Origin: Octopus vulgaris
Taxonomy: Eukaryota
NCBI GenBank assembly: GCA_951406725.2
Contig: OX597820.1
Coordinates: 22,072,001-22,136,000 of the forward strand
DNA length: 64,000 nt
Direction of reading: 5' to 3'
In this document: piece after piece, positions 27,028 through 40,344 of the stretch
Layout: every line of letters starts with the position of its first letter
How positions within the stretch are numbered: the first letter of the stretch is position 1
Translations under genes and position numbers: made by a program
Notes under the pieces: generated by a model
The model's input: only the letters and a program-made list of their open reading frames with translations
Database searches by the model: none
Told to the model about the DNA's origin: nothing

Positions 27028-28255
27028 TCAGTGCGTAACTGTTATTTATTTAATCGACCCCGAAAGGATGAAAGGCAAAGTCGACCTCGGCGGAATTTGA
27101 ACTCAGAACGTAGCGGCAGTCGAAATACCTATTTCTTTACTACCCACAAGGGGCTAAACACAGAGAGGACAGACATAGGTATTAAGTCGATTACATCGAC
27201 CCCAGTGCGTAACTGGTACTTATTTAATCAACCCGAAAGGATGAAAGGCAAAGTCGACCTCGGCGGAATTTGAACTTAGAACGTAGCGACAGACGAAATA
27301 CCGCTAGGCATTTCGCACGGCGTGCTAACGTTTCTGCCAGCTCGCCACCTTTAAAGACAGACGAAATACCTATTTCTTTACTACCCACAAGGGGATAAAC
27401 ACAGAGAGGACAAACAAGGACAGACAAACGGATTAAGTCGATTATATCGACCCCAGTGCGTAACTGGTACTTATCTAATCGACCCCGAAAGGATGAAAGG
27501 CAAAGTCGACCTCGGCGGAATTTGAACTCAGAATGTAGCGGCAGTCGAAATACCTATTTCTTTACTACCCACAAGGGGGCTAAACACAGAGAGGACAAAC
27601 AAGGACAGACAAACGGATTAAGTCGATTATATCGACCCCAGTGCGTAACTGGTACTTATTTAATTGACCCCGAAAGGATGAAAGGCAAAGTCGACCTCGG
27701 TGGAATTTGAACTCAGAGCGTAGCGGCAGACGAAATACCGCTAAGCATTTCGCCCGGCGTGCTAACGTTTCTGCCAGCTCGCCGCCTTAAAGTTAAGTGT
27801 AATAATCCTTTCTACTCCAGGCACAAGGTTTGGAATTTGCAGGAAGGGGTTAGTCGATTAAATTGACCCCAGTGCTTGACTGAAACTTATTTCATCGATC
27901 CAGAAAAGAGAAAATCTAAGTGGATTTCTCGGAACTTGAATTTAGAATGTAAAAACCGAACGAAACGCCGCTGAGTGTCTTGTCCGGCGTGCTGATAATT
28001 CTACCAGCTCTAGAACAAATAATAATAAACATAGCTTGTTGTTATTGAGGGCACTTGGGATGACAACAAAAGGAGCAAGCAAATAGGGAGGCCAAATTCC
28101 TGGCAACTCAAAAGTAAGTGGTTTGCAAAAGTATTTATGGACCCTGAAAGGGTAAAAGGCAAAGTCGCCCTCAGCAAAATTTCAACGGAGAACGTAAAAA
28201 CAGGCGAAAGACGGTGAAGCATTTTTGTCTGGTGTGCTAAAGATTCTTCCAGCTT
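27028..28255 (-). mobile_element. cluster of SINE family A arrays and diverged copies
   Basis: Repeated GGCAAAGTCGACCTCGGCGGAATTTGAAC units. Confidence 0.8.
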
Positions 28256-28279
28256 AGGGAAAATAACAATAATAATTTC

Positions 28280-28434
28280 TTGAGTGGCTGTGTGGTAAAT
28301 TGCTTGCTTACCAACCACATGGTTCCGGGTTCATTCCCACTGCGTGGCACCTTGGGCAAGTGTCTTCTACTGTAGCCTCTAGCCCATCAAACCCTTGTGA
28401 GTGGATTTGGTAGATGGAAACTGAAAGAAGCTCG

Positions 28435-28465
<31 letters not shown>

Positions 28466-28483
28466 TTGTGTTTGTGTGTGTGT

Positions 28484-28522
<39 letters not shown>

Positions 28523-28730
28523 TGTGTGTGTGTTTGTCCCCCCAACATCGCTTGACAACCGATGGTGGTGTATTTACGTCCCCGTAACATTAGCGGTTCG
28601 GCAAAAAAAAACCGATAGAATAAGTACTAGGCTTACAAAGAATAAGTCCTGAGGTCGATTTTCTCGACTAAATGCGATGCTCCAGCATGGCCGCAGTCAA
28701 AATGACTGAAACCAGTAAAAGAGTAAAGAG
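28280..28730 (+). mobile_element. SINE family B
   Basis: Head, internal (TG)n and tail all present. Confidence 0.85.
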
Positions 28731-28849
28731 TATTAGCTATAAAGAGCAATTATATTCATCATTCGTGGATGCAAAATACGAAACGCTAAGACTAGAGATA
28801 CCTTCATAGAAACAATGCACTTATAAGCTCATCATTCAACATGATATAT

Positions 28850-29182
28850 GAAAGTACGTGGCCTAGTGGTTAGAGTACATGGTATACGATCGAAGGTCAT
28901 GAGTTCGATTCCCTGCGGTGTGTTATGTCCTTAAGCAAGGCTCTTTATTTTACGTTGCTCCAGTCTACTCAGCTGGCAAAAATGAGTAGTACCTGCATTT
29001 CAAAGGGCCAGCTTTGTTGCATTGTTTCACGTTGCATCTCTTTGTAAACTACGTCAAAGGTACGCGTGTCTGTGGAATACTCAGCCACTTGCACGTTAAT
29101 TTCACGGAAGGCTATTTCCGACGATCGTATCAACTGCATCCCTCGTCGTCGTTGTCGTCGTCGTAACTGACGGAGAACCAGT
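28850..29182 (+). mobile_element. SINE family D/C-related copy
   Basis: tRNA-like head GTGGCCTAGTGGTTAG..GAGTTCGATTCCC, with tail shared with 10320-10500. Confidence 0.7.
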
Positions 29183-30049
29183 TTGAATTCAACGTGATCC
29201 TTCCTTTTGTTTTTAATGCGGCAGTTTTATTTGAGGTAGATGTGGCTGCTTCTATATCTAGCAGGCTGATCGACGACATATAGTGTCCATCATTTCACAA
29301 GCTGGTGAAATTGCTTGTCTTCGCTTAGTTGCAAATGATAAGTAATCAGACACATAAGAGCAGTGTTGCGTTTGAACTACCACCGTAGAAGGTTAGAAAT
29401 AAAATCCAGCAATCGTAATATATTCCTAGCTCTTGACATATTCATACCTGTAACCATTGTTGTTCTACAGGTTAAAGAATCAATTAATTAATTAATTCGT
29501 CTATGAAACCATAATTTAGTTTACTTTACGCAGGACGAACAATAGCGTTATCAGAAAAATCATTTGTTTTGAAAGAACTTCAGACATGCTCAGAATATTT
29601 GCCGTTTATAATACAAAAGCTGCTCTGAAAACAGTAATAATAGACAAACTACTTTACCTAAAAGAATCCCTGGGTCATTAAATTGTTACATAATACAAGT
29701 AATATTGCACAGTAATTGTTCAACGAGAGAACTTTACAAAATTTACAAATTTACAAAATTTATAAAATAAGAACCAGTAAAGAAACCATTTTATTCAATG
29801 AAATGTATGATTACCCAACTCCATATCACAGACCAAGAAAAATAAGGTAATGTTTGAAGCTATTTCTTAAAATTCGTTTCAATTCGTTTTCTTTTTTAGC
29901 TATCTTCCTTTTTAGCTTTTGTGGTTTTGTTATATTTTTTCTTTATTATGTTTGTTATTTTTTTCATTTTAAGGAGTTCATTTATTTACTATAAAGGAGG
30001 TGGGGGGAAACTGGTAGAACAATTAATAGCATGCCGTTCAAAATGCTTA

Positions 30050-30303
30050 CTCTCTTTTACTCTTTTACTTGTTTCAGTCATTTGATTGCGGCCATGCTGG
30101 AGCACCGCCTTTAGTCGAGCAAATCGACCCCAGGACTTATTCTTTGTAAGCCTAGTCCTTATTCTATCGGTCGCTTTTTGCCGAACCTCTAAGTTACGGG
30201 AACGTAAACACACCAGCGTCGGTTGTCGAGCGATGGTGGGGGGAAAAACACAGACACACAAACAGATATACATACATATATACATACATACACATACACA
30301 CAC

Positions 30304-30381
<78 letters not shown>

Positions 30382-30542
30382 GACGGGCTTCTTTCAGTGT
30401 CAGTCTACCAAATCCACTCACAAGGCTTTTGTCGGCCCGAGGCTATAGTAGCAAACACTTGACCAAGGTACCATGCAGTGGAACTGAACCCGGAACCATG
30501 TGATTGGTAAGTTAGCTACTTACCACACACCCACTCCTGCGC
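30050..30542 (-). mobile_element. SINE family B
   Basis: Match to 853-1271. Confidence 0.85.
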
Positions 30543-30828
30543 TTAGCGGCGTTTAATTCAAACTTTTCGTTCTGAGTTAGTTCAAACGCCTCAGAAGTCG
30601 TCTTTGCTTTTCGTCCTTTCGAGGTCAATGAAATAAGTATCAGCTGAAAACTAGGGTTGATAATCGGCTTCCCTCTCCCCTCAAAATTGTTGGTCATGTG
30701 GAAAAATTAGAAAGAATATATTATTGTCCTCTTCATCCTTTGCTCTTGTGGCACATAAGTGAAATTATTATTATTATTATTATCATTATTATTATTATTA
30801 TTATTAATAATAATAATAATAATAATAA

Positions 30829-31061
30829 TTTGTTTCTTTACTGCCCACAAGGGGCTAAACACAGAGGGGACAAACAAGGACAGACAAACGGATTAAGTCG
30901 ATTATATCGACCCCAGTGCGTAACTGGTACTTAATTTATTGACCCCGAAAGGATGAAAGGGAAAGTCGACCTCGGCGGAATTTGAACTCAGAACGTAACG
31001 GCAGACGAAATATTGCTACGCGTTTCGCCCGGCGTTCTAACGTTTCCGCCAGCTCGCCGCC

Positions 31062-31113
<52 letters not shown>

Positions 31114-31124
31114 TAATAATAATG

Positions 31125-31158
<34 letters not shown>

Positions 31159-31159
31159 C

Positions 31160-31191
<32 letters not shown>

Positions 31192-31880
31192 CAACAACAA
31201 TAATAATAATAATAATAATAATAATGCGGTGAGTTGGCCGGGTCGTTAGCGTGCTAATGTTTCTTATTTCTTTATTGCCCACAAGGGGCTAAACACAGAA
31301 GGGACAAATAGGGTAGACAAAGGGGTTAAGTCGATTACATCGACCCCAGTGCATAACTGGTACTTAATCTATCGACCCCGAGAGGATGAAAGGCAAAATC
31401 GACCTCGGCGGAATTTGAACTCAGAACGTAACGGCAGACGAAATACCTATTTCTTTACTACCTACAAGGGGCTAAACATAGAGAGGACAAACAAGGACAG
31501 ACAAACGGATTAAGTCGATTATATCGAACCGAGTGCATAACTGGTACTTATTTAATCGACCCCGAAAAGATGAAAGGCAAAGTCGACCTCGGCGGAATTT
31601 GAACTCAGAACGTATCGGCAAACGAAATACGGCTACGCATTTTGCCCGGCGTGCTAACGATGCTGCCAGCTCGCCGCCTTAGAGAGCTGGAAATATTGTT
31701 AGCACGTCGAACAAAATACACAGCGTTCTGAGTTCAAGCTCCGCCGTGGTCGACTTCACCTTTCATCCTTTCGGGGTCGATAAAAATATATACCAGTAGA
31801 GAACTGGGGGGCGTCAATGTAGTCGATTACACACCTTGGATCAAACTTTTCAAGCTTTGTACCTAAAGTAGAAAGAATTA
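30829..31880 (-). mobile_element. SINE family A copies, mostly minus strand, interleaved with (TAA)n
   Basis: Family A units at 30829-31042 and 31262-31680; plus-strand copy at 31682-31880. Confidence 0.8.
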
Positions 31881-32321
31881 TTGTTATTAATTCGTTAACC
31901 AACTTTATATGACTTTTATATAAACACTCCTAAATGTTTACAACAACAGCTTTGAGCTAATATTGATCACAGCTAAAGTTAGGTAGGCATTGTAATCCTC
32001 ACAGCTCGCTCTGTAAACATCGCTTGTTTTTACTACTTTCAATCATTTGACTGCGGCCATATATCACACGAAAGTAAAAACGTGACCATTATATTCATAT
32101 AGTGTCAGAACAACAAAATGTTGGTATTTCTGCTAGCGTCAATTTCTCATACTAGTTTTAATAAACCCATAATATAATCGAGTAACTGTTAGTGAGCAGT
32201 TGAAGTCTGAATAGAAGTTAAATAACTCTCAACGATAAATATGCACACATACTGCACACACATGCACGTAATCGTATATGTGTTTATGTGTATTTTTATG
32301 TATGTATATGAATATATATAT

Positions 32322-32353
<32 letters not shown>

Positions 32354-32354
<1 letters not shown>

Positions 32355-32789
32355 GGATGCAAACGATTTAGCGGTACATATGTTTCTGGCTTTATTGGAC
32401 AGTTTATATCAATGCATAATTGATGTAACATGTATGTCAATAGCCTTCTTCAGCCGCGCACAATTACCACACCAAAGACATGTATTACATTATAGCAGGT
32501 TTGAGAAGTTTGGGTAAAAGACGAGTCTTTTTCCCAAACCTCGTCTTCTTCTTCTCAAACCTGCTATAATGTAATACATGTCTTTGGTGTGGTAATTGTG
32601 CGCGGCTGAAGAAGGCTATTGACATACATGTTACATCAATTATGCATTGATATAAACTGTCCAATAAAGCCAGAAACATATGTACCGCTAAATCCTTTGC
32701 ATCCTGTTTTTCTTTTGATAAATATACCATATCACCTACACCACTAACTGGAATATATAGATGCTTACAGTTATCAAGTATTCACCCTG

Positions 32790-32794
<5 letters not shown>
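32354..32794. mobile_element. non-coding foldback element (inverted PLE pLTR) between (TA)n tracts
   Basis: 155-bp arms 32354-32508 and 32551-32705 (one mismatch seen), 42-nt spacer, ~90-bp tail. Each arm carries a hammerhead. Confidence 0.9.
32602..32688 (+). ncRNA. type I hammerhead ribozyme, intact core (mirror copy 32371-32457 on minus strand)
   Basis: GCGG-CTGAAGA-A-GGCT..(long stem II)..AGCC-A-GAAAC-ATAT-GTA-CCGC. Confidence 0.8.
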
Positions 32795-32829
<35 letters not shown>

Positions 32830-32837
<8 letters not shown>

Positions 32838-33210
32838 AAATCCGTTCTGTCTGTGTGTGCGCCTTCAAGGATCTCGGGCATCCTCCATCCGATTGCGTTC
32901 AAATTTGATATGTAGATACCGACGGTATCAGGGCGTGTATAAGTCTTGAAAAAATTACAAAAATCGATTCCAGGTGAGAATGCAATCAATAAAGCCGTGG
33001 GAACGTGCATTTGTAAAATCGCTTTTCTTGAAATACCAAAAAACGCCTATCTTTATTTCTTCTTTTGCTGGTGTCTCAAATTTAGGTTAAATCAGTATTT
33101 CGCAAAGAGGAGGCCTATGGGAAGGTCGGACAAGTTGTTTTGAGAAAATTTGGTTTAAATGTTTGACAACTCAGCACTGTCCATTGGACGGGGGGGGGGG
33201 TTTTGCTCGT
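32830..33210 (+). mobile_element. non-autonomous Helitron-like element
   Basis: 5' TATATAAAA start; 3' hairpin GTCCA-T-TGGAC followed by CTCGT. Second 3' copy at 41034-41199. Confidence 0.6.
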
Positions 33211-33235
33211 GTGTATATATATAGTGTGTATATAT

Positions 33236-35244
33236 AAAGTTTGCAAGGTGCAACGAAAATTTTAGAAAAATAAAGAAGGAAATGAGTGGAAATTTTACCG
33301 GTGAGTGTGTTAAATTATAAGGCACAAAAAGAAAATGACTCTCCCCAGACACAACAAAATATGTTGAAGCATATTCTGTTGTGTCTGGAGAGAGACATTT
33401 TCTTTTTGTGACTTATAATTTAACACACTCACCGGTAAAATTTCCACTCATTTCCTTCTTTATTTTTCTAAAATTTTCGTTGCACCTTGCAAACTTTTCA
33501 ATAGTTGTTGACTGTCCGTTATTCTGCGTTTTTTTGTTCAATTGTACGCATGTGTGCAGATCAGTGTGTGTGTGTGCATACACATGTATGTATATGTGTA
33601 TGTATACATGCATGTGTGTGTATGCATGTATGTGTGTGCATATGTATAGATGTATGTATGTATTCTGCATATTCATGATTTTGTGTGTCCGTGTTTGTAT
33701 GTTTTTACGTATGTGTGTGTATGTGTGTGTGTTTGCATGTGTGTGTGTATACCTCTGTCTCCGTTTGTGTGCATGTCTGAGTGTGTATGTGCATGTCTGA
33801 GTGTGTGTGTGCATGTCTGAGTGTGTGTGTGTATGTATGGGTTCTTTTGAACTATGTACTGAACACGTCGTATAAAACCGATAAATATCAAGGGGTGATG
33901 TTTGTAGAGGCCACAACTCATGGAGAACTAGCCCGTAGATGTAGAAAAGCTTTAAAGGAGACCAAACTCAAAATTAAGATTGTTGAAAAGCCAGGGAACT
34001 CCGTCAGAGCACAACTATGTAGGACGTACCCCTTTGAGAATACCATATGCACCAATGATTGCTGCATGGTATATAGGATTAGCCCTGGCATTAACTGTAG
34101 AACTAGAAATGTAGTCTACAGCATAAGATGCATACAAGGTGCTTGTAAGGACATGAAGATGACGTACATAGAGGAGACATCTAGGAGCATTGCGGAAAGA
34201 CTAAATGAACATTTGAAACAATATGATGACAAAAACAGTTCTCCATACTCAACCAACATGACAAGGACCAGCATGGAGGCAACCTGGGTGAACTTGACAT
34301 CCGCATCTTATGCAGGTACCCAAAGGACCCAACACTCAGAAAAATATAGGAGTACGTCCTCATAAATGAAACTTCCCCAATACTAAATAGGAAATGTAGT
34401 AGTAGATATCATACCCCCATACCCACAGTTTATACAGGTAGAGCAGAATAGTTAGTGGGATGTTATGTAGATGGATGCATGTATGTGGGTGTATGTATAT
34501 ATGTATATGCATATACACATGTATGTAAGCATATGGATATGAAAGTAAACAGATAGACATACAGACGGATAGGTAGATAGGTTATATGAACAGACAAGCA
34601 CACATACATAAATGAAGATTGAAACACATGACCATATATACACACAAACTTCACTTCACACAAGGACACATATGGAGACACGTGTCCACTCATATGGAGA
34701 TGCACATCCATACATACAAATACAGTACATAGTTGAAAAAATCCATACACACACGCGCACTCAGACATGCACACACCAGCAGACAGAAGTACACACACAT
34801 GCAAACACACACACACATACATAAAAATACACAAACACGAACACACAAACACATGAATATGCAGAATACATGCATACAAATGTACACACATATATACGTA
34901 TATACATATGTACACACACACACACATACATGCATACACACACTTGCATCCGTACATACATACATACATACATACATACATACATACATACATACATACA
35001 TACATACATACATACATACATACATACATGTGTGTGCGCACACACACTCTGACCCACACACATGTGCACAAACAAACAAAAAGAATGCAGCTTGAATAAC
35101 GGACAGAGTCAACAACTATTGAAAAGGTTGGAAGACGTAACGAAAACTTTAGTAACATAAAGAAGGAAATGAGTGGAAATTTTACCGGTGCGTGTGTTAA
35201 ATTATAAGGCACAAAAAGAGAATGACTCTCCCCCAGAAACAACA

Positions 35245-35246
<2 letters not shown>
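33236..35246 (+). mobile_element. Penelope-like element remnant with inverted pLTR copies and degraded GIY-YIG EN
   Basis: EN at ~33860-34390 (KYQGVMFVEATTHGELA..NCRTRNVVYSIRC..YIEETSRSIAERLNEH) is homologous to 8860-9487. 33370-33858 is the reverse complement of ~34724-35245. Ends in (TA)n. Confidence 0.88.
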
Positions 35247-35289
<43 letters not shown>

Positions 35290-35292
<3 letters not shown>

Positions 35293-36400
35293 CTGGAATA
35301 TATATGTTACCATAACAAACACTGAATTTAGATAGAATTATGGACGAAGTCAGTACTTTTCCATGGTAATTCCTATTGGGTAAAAAAGAATGGGGATGAG
35401 CTAATTGATGTGGAAATGAGAAGCTGTGACGGTACAGCGATAGCTGATCTTATAGATATCTTCTATATCCTAGATATCCTAGATATCCTTGGAAAAGAAA
35501 TAAAAGAAACCAACATGGGATAATATAGGGTGGAGGCCTGGGAATGGTATACAATAAAAAAAAACAGACTCGATATGAGTAGGATAAGAAAAAATTATGC
35601 AAAATATTTAACCAATTAGATCTAAGAACCACAATTATTACTCACCTTAAAGAAGTTAATAATCTAGATATTAACATGAGTCTTATCACCAGAAAATTTA
35701 AACCCTACCATAAACCAAATGAGGAAACCTCACGCATAGACATAGGCTCCAACCGCCCACCACCAATCCGTAAATAATTAGTTAATAACATTAGCAGGCG
35801 CGTCTCCAATCTATCCGCAGATAAAAACACTTTTGAAAAGGCTACCCCAGATTATAATGCCGCGTTAGAAAGATCCGGCTTCAAGAAAAGCATAAATTAT
35901 GTTGAACCAAATGTAGATAGATCAAAGAGACACTGATAGAGAAAAATCTTATAGCTCAACCTGCATTATAGCATGAATTTAGTCACTAACATAGCTGGGA
36001 AATTTTTAAGATTAATAGACACTCACTTCCCACACTCACACAAATACCATAAGACTTTCACTTTTAAAGTTAGCAACAGTTCACCAATGCGGCATGTATA
36101 TATAATCAAGAAAAAAAGCAAGAAAAAAACAACAACGCGAGGAAGTGGTACGTACACAGTTTTAATAAGACGCTCAGGGAAGGAAAGAAATGGGTCGATA
36201 ATACTCAATCACAATAAAAATAAATCCCCTGAAAGACACTGTAACTGTAGATCTCTGAATCGTTGTCCTCCAAATAATAGCTATCTGAACAAAGAACTTG
36301 TATACAAGACCAAAATCATGGGCTCCAACGGAGTAATAAAGACATACATCGGAATGACAGGCAACTCGTTCAAGAAGAGATACACACAACATCTGGGACA
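35290..36400 (+). pseudogene. degraded Penelope-like (Naiad-like) RT thumb/linker/EN fragment
   Basis: WVKKNGDELIDVEMRSCDG; KPYHKPN..SN.PP..SRRVSNLS..YNAALERSGF; TNIAGKFLRLIDTHFP..HK; CNCR..CP..LVYK..YIGMTGNSFKKRY..H. Multiple stops. Clade assignment is from recalled motifs. Confidence 0.75.
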
Positions 36401-37197
36401 AAAAATAAAAGACATGTTTTCTTTACATGACGCAAATTGTAGCCTTAATACACAAAGATTTTTATTTACCAATGCGGCATTAGTGCTAGAATGTTATCTT
36501 GGGTACACGTTTGCATTTATTTGCATTAATTCGTTAAATAATCCCGAAGAAACTAACATCTGAATGAAACTCTGTGAACGTATACGCCCATCTCCTCAAT
36601 GTCTCTGATTGCCACAGTAGTGGCACAAGAGTCAGTATATACAGAAGAAACGAGAAAAAAGTCACGACGGACTGACTGCATGATATTGAATACTTCCGAT
36701 AGGTGACCGTTTGTTCCAACCATCGCTACTGCTCAACTAAACCTTATCGATTCTGCTTTAATCGGCCTTTTCAGAGTGAAACTCCATTTGTTGTTGACGA
36801 GTGCTTCCGTCAGATGATATTTTACATTGCCGCATTTCAGCCCCTGAAAAGGCTAAAAGCAGGGAAGACAGAAATAATTCCAGAGATATATGTACTGACG
36901 TTGACTCGACTTGCTGTCATCTTTGAAGTTCAGTGTGGGCAGGTGGTGAACGTTGGGTATGGATCTACATTATCTCCAGGTCCAAATGGCACCCGAAAAC
37001 CACAAAGGAATGGAGATCAATCAAACTGCTGGTGAACGGCAGATGGTCCAGTCGCCACACGTGCTGAAGTGAATAATAACAATGGGTCCGAATTTAAACC
37101 CAGAAAACAAAGAAGCGAAACAAATGCCGCAGGGCATTTTTTCCAATGCTCTAACCATTCTTCTAACAACAGCAACAATAATAATCTTTCTAATAAT

Positions 37198-38367
37198 AAA
37201 CCTTTCTACTATAGGCACAAGGCCTGAAATTTTTGCGGGGTAGTCGAATAGATCAACCACAGCACATAACTGGTACTTAATTTATCAACCCAGAAAGGAT
37301 GAAAGGCAAAGTCGACCTCGGCTGAATTTGAACTCAGAACGTAGCGGCAGACGAAATACCTGTTTCTTTACTACCAACAAGGGGCTACACAGAGAGAGAA
37401 CAAACAAGGACAGACAAACGGACTAAGTTGATTATATCGACCCCAGTGCGTAACTGGTACTTATTTAATTGACTCCGAAAGGATGAAAGGCAAAGTCGAC
37501 CTCGGTGGAATTTGAACTCAGAACGTAGCGGCAGACGAAATACCTGTTTCTTTACTACCAACAAGGGGCTACACAGAGAGAGAACAAACAAGGGCAGACA
37601 AACGGATTAAGACGATTAGTTCGACCCCAGGACATAACTGATACTTAATTTATCGACTCCGAAAGGATGAAAGGCAAAGTCAACCTCGGCGGAATTTGAA
37701 CTCAGAACGTGGCGACGGGCGAAATACTGCTAAGCATTTCATCGAGCATGCTAATGTTTCTGCCAGCTCGCCGCCTTAATGTTTCTGATAATAATATACA
37801 CGGCTCGCAGTTTTGAAGAGAGGGTTCAGTCGATTAAATCGACTTCATTACTAGATTGATAATCTATATTATTGACCCTGACTGGATGAACGACAAAATC
37901 AACCCCGCCGGAATCTGAACCCAGAACACAAAGAGCCGAAGAAATACCTATTTCTTTATTACCCACAAGGGGCTAAACACAGAGAGGACAAACAAGGACA
38001 GACAAACATATTAAGTCGATTACATCGACCCCAGTGCGTAACTGGTACTTTATTTATCGACTCCGAAAGGATGAAAGGCAAAGTCGACCTCGGCGGAACC
38101 TGAACCCAGAACATAGAGAGCCGAAGAAATACCTATTTCTTTACTACCCACAAGGGGCTTAACACAGAGGGAACAGACAAGGACAGACATAGGTATTAAG
38201 TCGATTACATCGACCCCAGTGCGTAACTGGTACTTAATTTATCGACTCCGAAAGGATGAAAGGCAAAGTCGACCTCGGCGGAACCTGAACCCAGAACATA
38301 GAGAGCCGAAGAAATACCGCTAAGCATTTTGCTTGATGCACCAACGATTCTAATAGCTCGTCGCCTT
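37198..38367 (-). mobile_element. two consecutive three-unit SINE family A arrays
   Basis: Arrays at 37198-37778 and 37800-38367. Confidence 0.85.
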
Positions 38368-39095
38368 AACAACAACAATATATTTTTTTCTTTATCATTG
38401 CCACAAAGGTGACAACAGGTGAGGAGACATTATAAGAGCAAGTTACAAAAAGTGTGGGAGTTACATAGAAACTAAATAATATGCAAAACTACAATAATAG
38501 AATCATTTGTTTGTTCTTTTACAATAGATTTTTATTCATTTTTGTTCTATTTCTTATATTATTAATTCATAATTCTGCACAAAATAATGTTTATGCTTGA
38601 AAGAAAATATCGTTGTTAGCATATCAAAACGCGACATGTATTTGAGAACCTTTAAAATATTCTCTTCCCATGAAATAATTAAAGAAATAAAGCAAACGTA
38701 TATGACCAACATGCAAAAATAAATTAGCTGAGGTTGTTCTGATCTTTTCTTTCTTTAATCTATCTTCTTGGTATTTTCTTTTTCTTCATTCCTATACTCA
38801 CGTATCTCCAACAATTATCCACGCTTTTATGCAGATTATGTCTGACGATAGCCATCAGACCACGAAACTAGACAACAATAACCGACTAAATATTCCTTGT
38901 GATGTTCACCTCCAACCACACGTTTGTGAACCAGAAGCAGAACATGGTTGAGCACGCATTCTTTTTTCTCTCTAACCATAGAACTCATAAGGCCGGTTCC
39001 CCCGTTTCCAAGGCTTATAAGTGACCGAAATAACGACATTCTCCTGAACAGGACGCCGGTCCAAGGCCAGCATTTTTAAGGAGAAGGGGACAGTG

Positions 39096-39324
39096 CAATG
39101 GTTCTCAAACACTTTTTTTTTTGCCTATAGACCCCTTTGATTCTTATTTTATTCAGATGGACCCTCAAAGCCATTTGATGTTTTAAAAATTCCTATTATA
39201 TCTTTATAATTAAATATTAAAAAGAATTGTATTAGAAAATATTTGGTGTATTATAGAAGTATAACCAATTTACTGTGTATAAATCTTAACAACATCTTAT
39301 TTGAACCCCTGTTGAGAACTACTG
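39096..39324. mobile_element. hAT-type MITE
   Basis: TIRs CAATGGTTCTCAA / TTGAGAACTACTG; related to 20339-21141. Confidence 0.65.
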
Positions 39325-39329
39325 GACCT

Positions 39330-39716
39330 CAGTACTTAACAGGTATTTATTGCATCGAATCCAGTATTTGACTGATATTTATTGTATCGACCCCGAACGG
39401 ATGAAAGGCGGGATTTAAGCTCAAAGTGTAAAGAACCGAAAGAAATTACGTTAAGCATTTTGTCTGACATGCTAACGATTCTTATTTCTTTACTACCCAC
39501 AAGGGGCCAAACATAGAGGGAACAAACAAGGACAGACAAACGGATTAAGTCGATTATATCGACCCCAGTATGTAACTGGTACTTATTTAATCGACCCCGA
39601 AAGGATGAAAGGCAATGTTGACCTCGACCGAATTTGAACTCAGAACGTAGCGGCAGACGAAATACAGCTAAGCATTTCGCCTGGCGTGCTAACGATTCTG
39701 CCAGCTTGCCGCCTTT
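39330..39716 (-). mobile_element. SINE family A, young unit joined to an older diverged copy
   Basis: On the minus strand the tail AAGAAATAAG is fused to AATCGTTAGC of an older head. Confidence 0.8.
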
Positions 39717-40344
39717 GAGCAAGACACCAATGGGGCAACAATCTAAGATAGCAGATAAACATCCTACAGCCAGAATGAAAAAAAGAAACATTCCTTTCTT
39801 TCCAAACAACTGTAGTGGCTGCATCTAGATCTTTTAACATCGCGTCTTCATAAAATTTAAACATTCTTCTTTATCGCGATCCGATAACCCGTGTATATCT
39901 GTTAACAGTCTTTCTGTTGTCAGAACCGACATACTCTCCCATCTATCCACTTCATCTCTATATTCACAGTTATTGTAAATTCAATTAGAACCTGTTCAGT
40001 CAGTTGTTACCATCCTGGGATCCATCAAATTCACTCACATATTTACGAATATCCACCCTGTTATTCTCGACAAGTCATCAGTTTTGACATATCAGAATGC
40101 TTAATTTTTCTCCACTCAAAATATCTACTTCAATTCATGTTACTATAAAATTGCTTCCACCATCATTTTCGCATAATTCTGACTTCTTAGCATAATCATA
40201 TTATACATTTTTATAAAATGATTCCATTTCCTTTTGTTCTATCTCAAGGTCATAATGCCAATAATAAACATACGCACTGGTTTCATTTCACTTCTATATC
40301 TTTATTAGTCAATTGGTTAACCATTCAACCAATTAATTAATTGA

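Noticed and set aside
35290-36400. Selenocysteine recoding as reported for some Naiad elements
   Set aside because: Linker cysteines use TGT, and the stops include TAA and TAG along with frameshifts, consistent with decay.
36540-37070. 110-aa ORF in unique-looking sequence
   Set aside because: No convincing motif or splice signals; may be an ancient LINE remnant.
39720-40300. Possible L1/Tx1 APE endonuclease remnant on the minus strand
   Set aside because: Only faint motif resemblance; too degraded to call.
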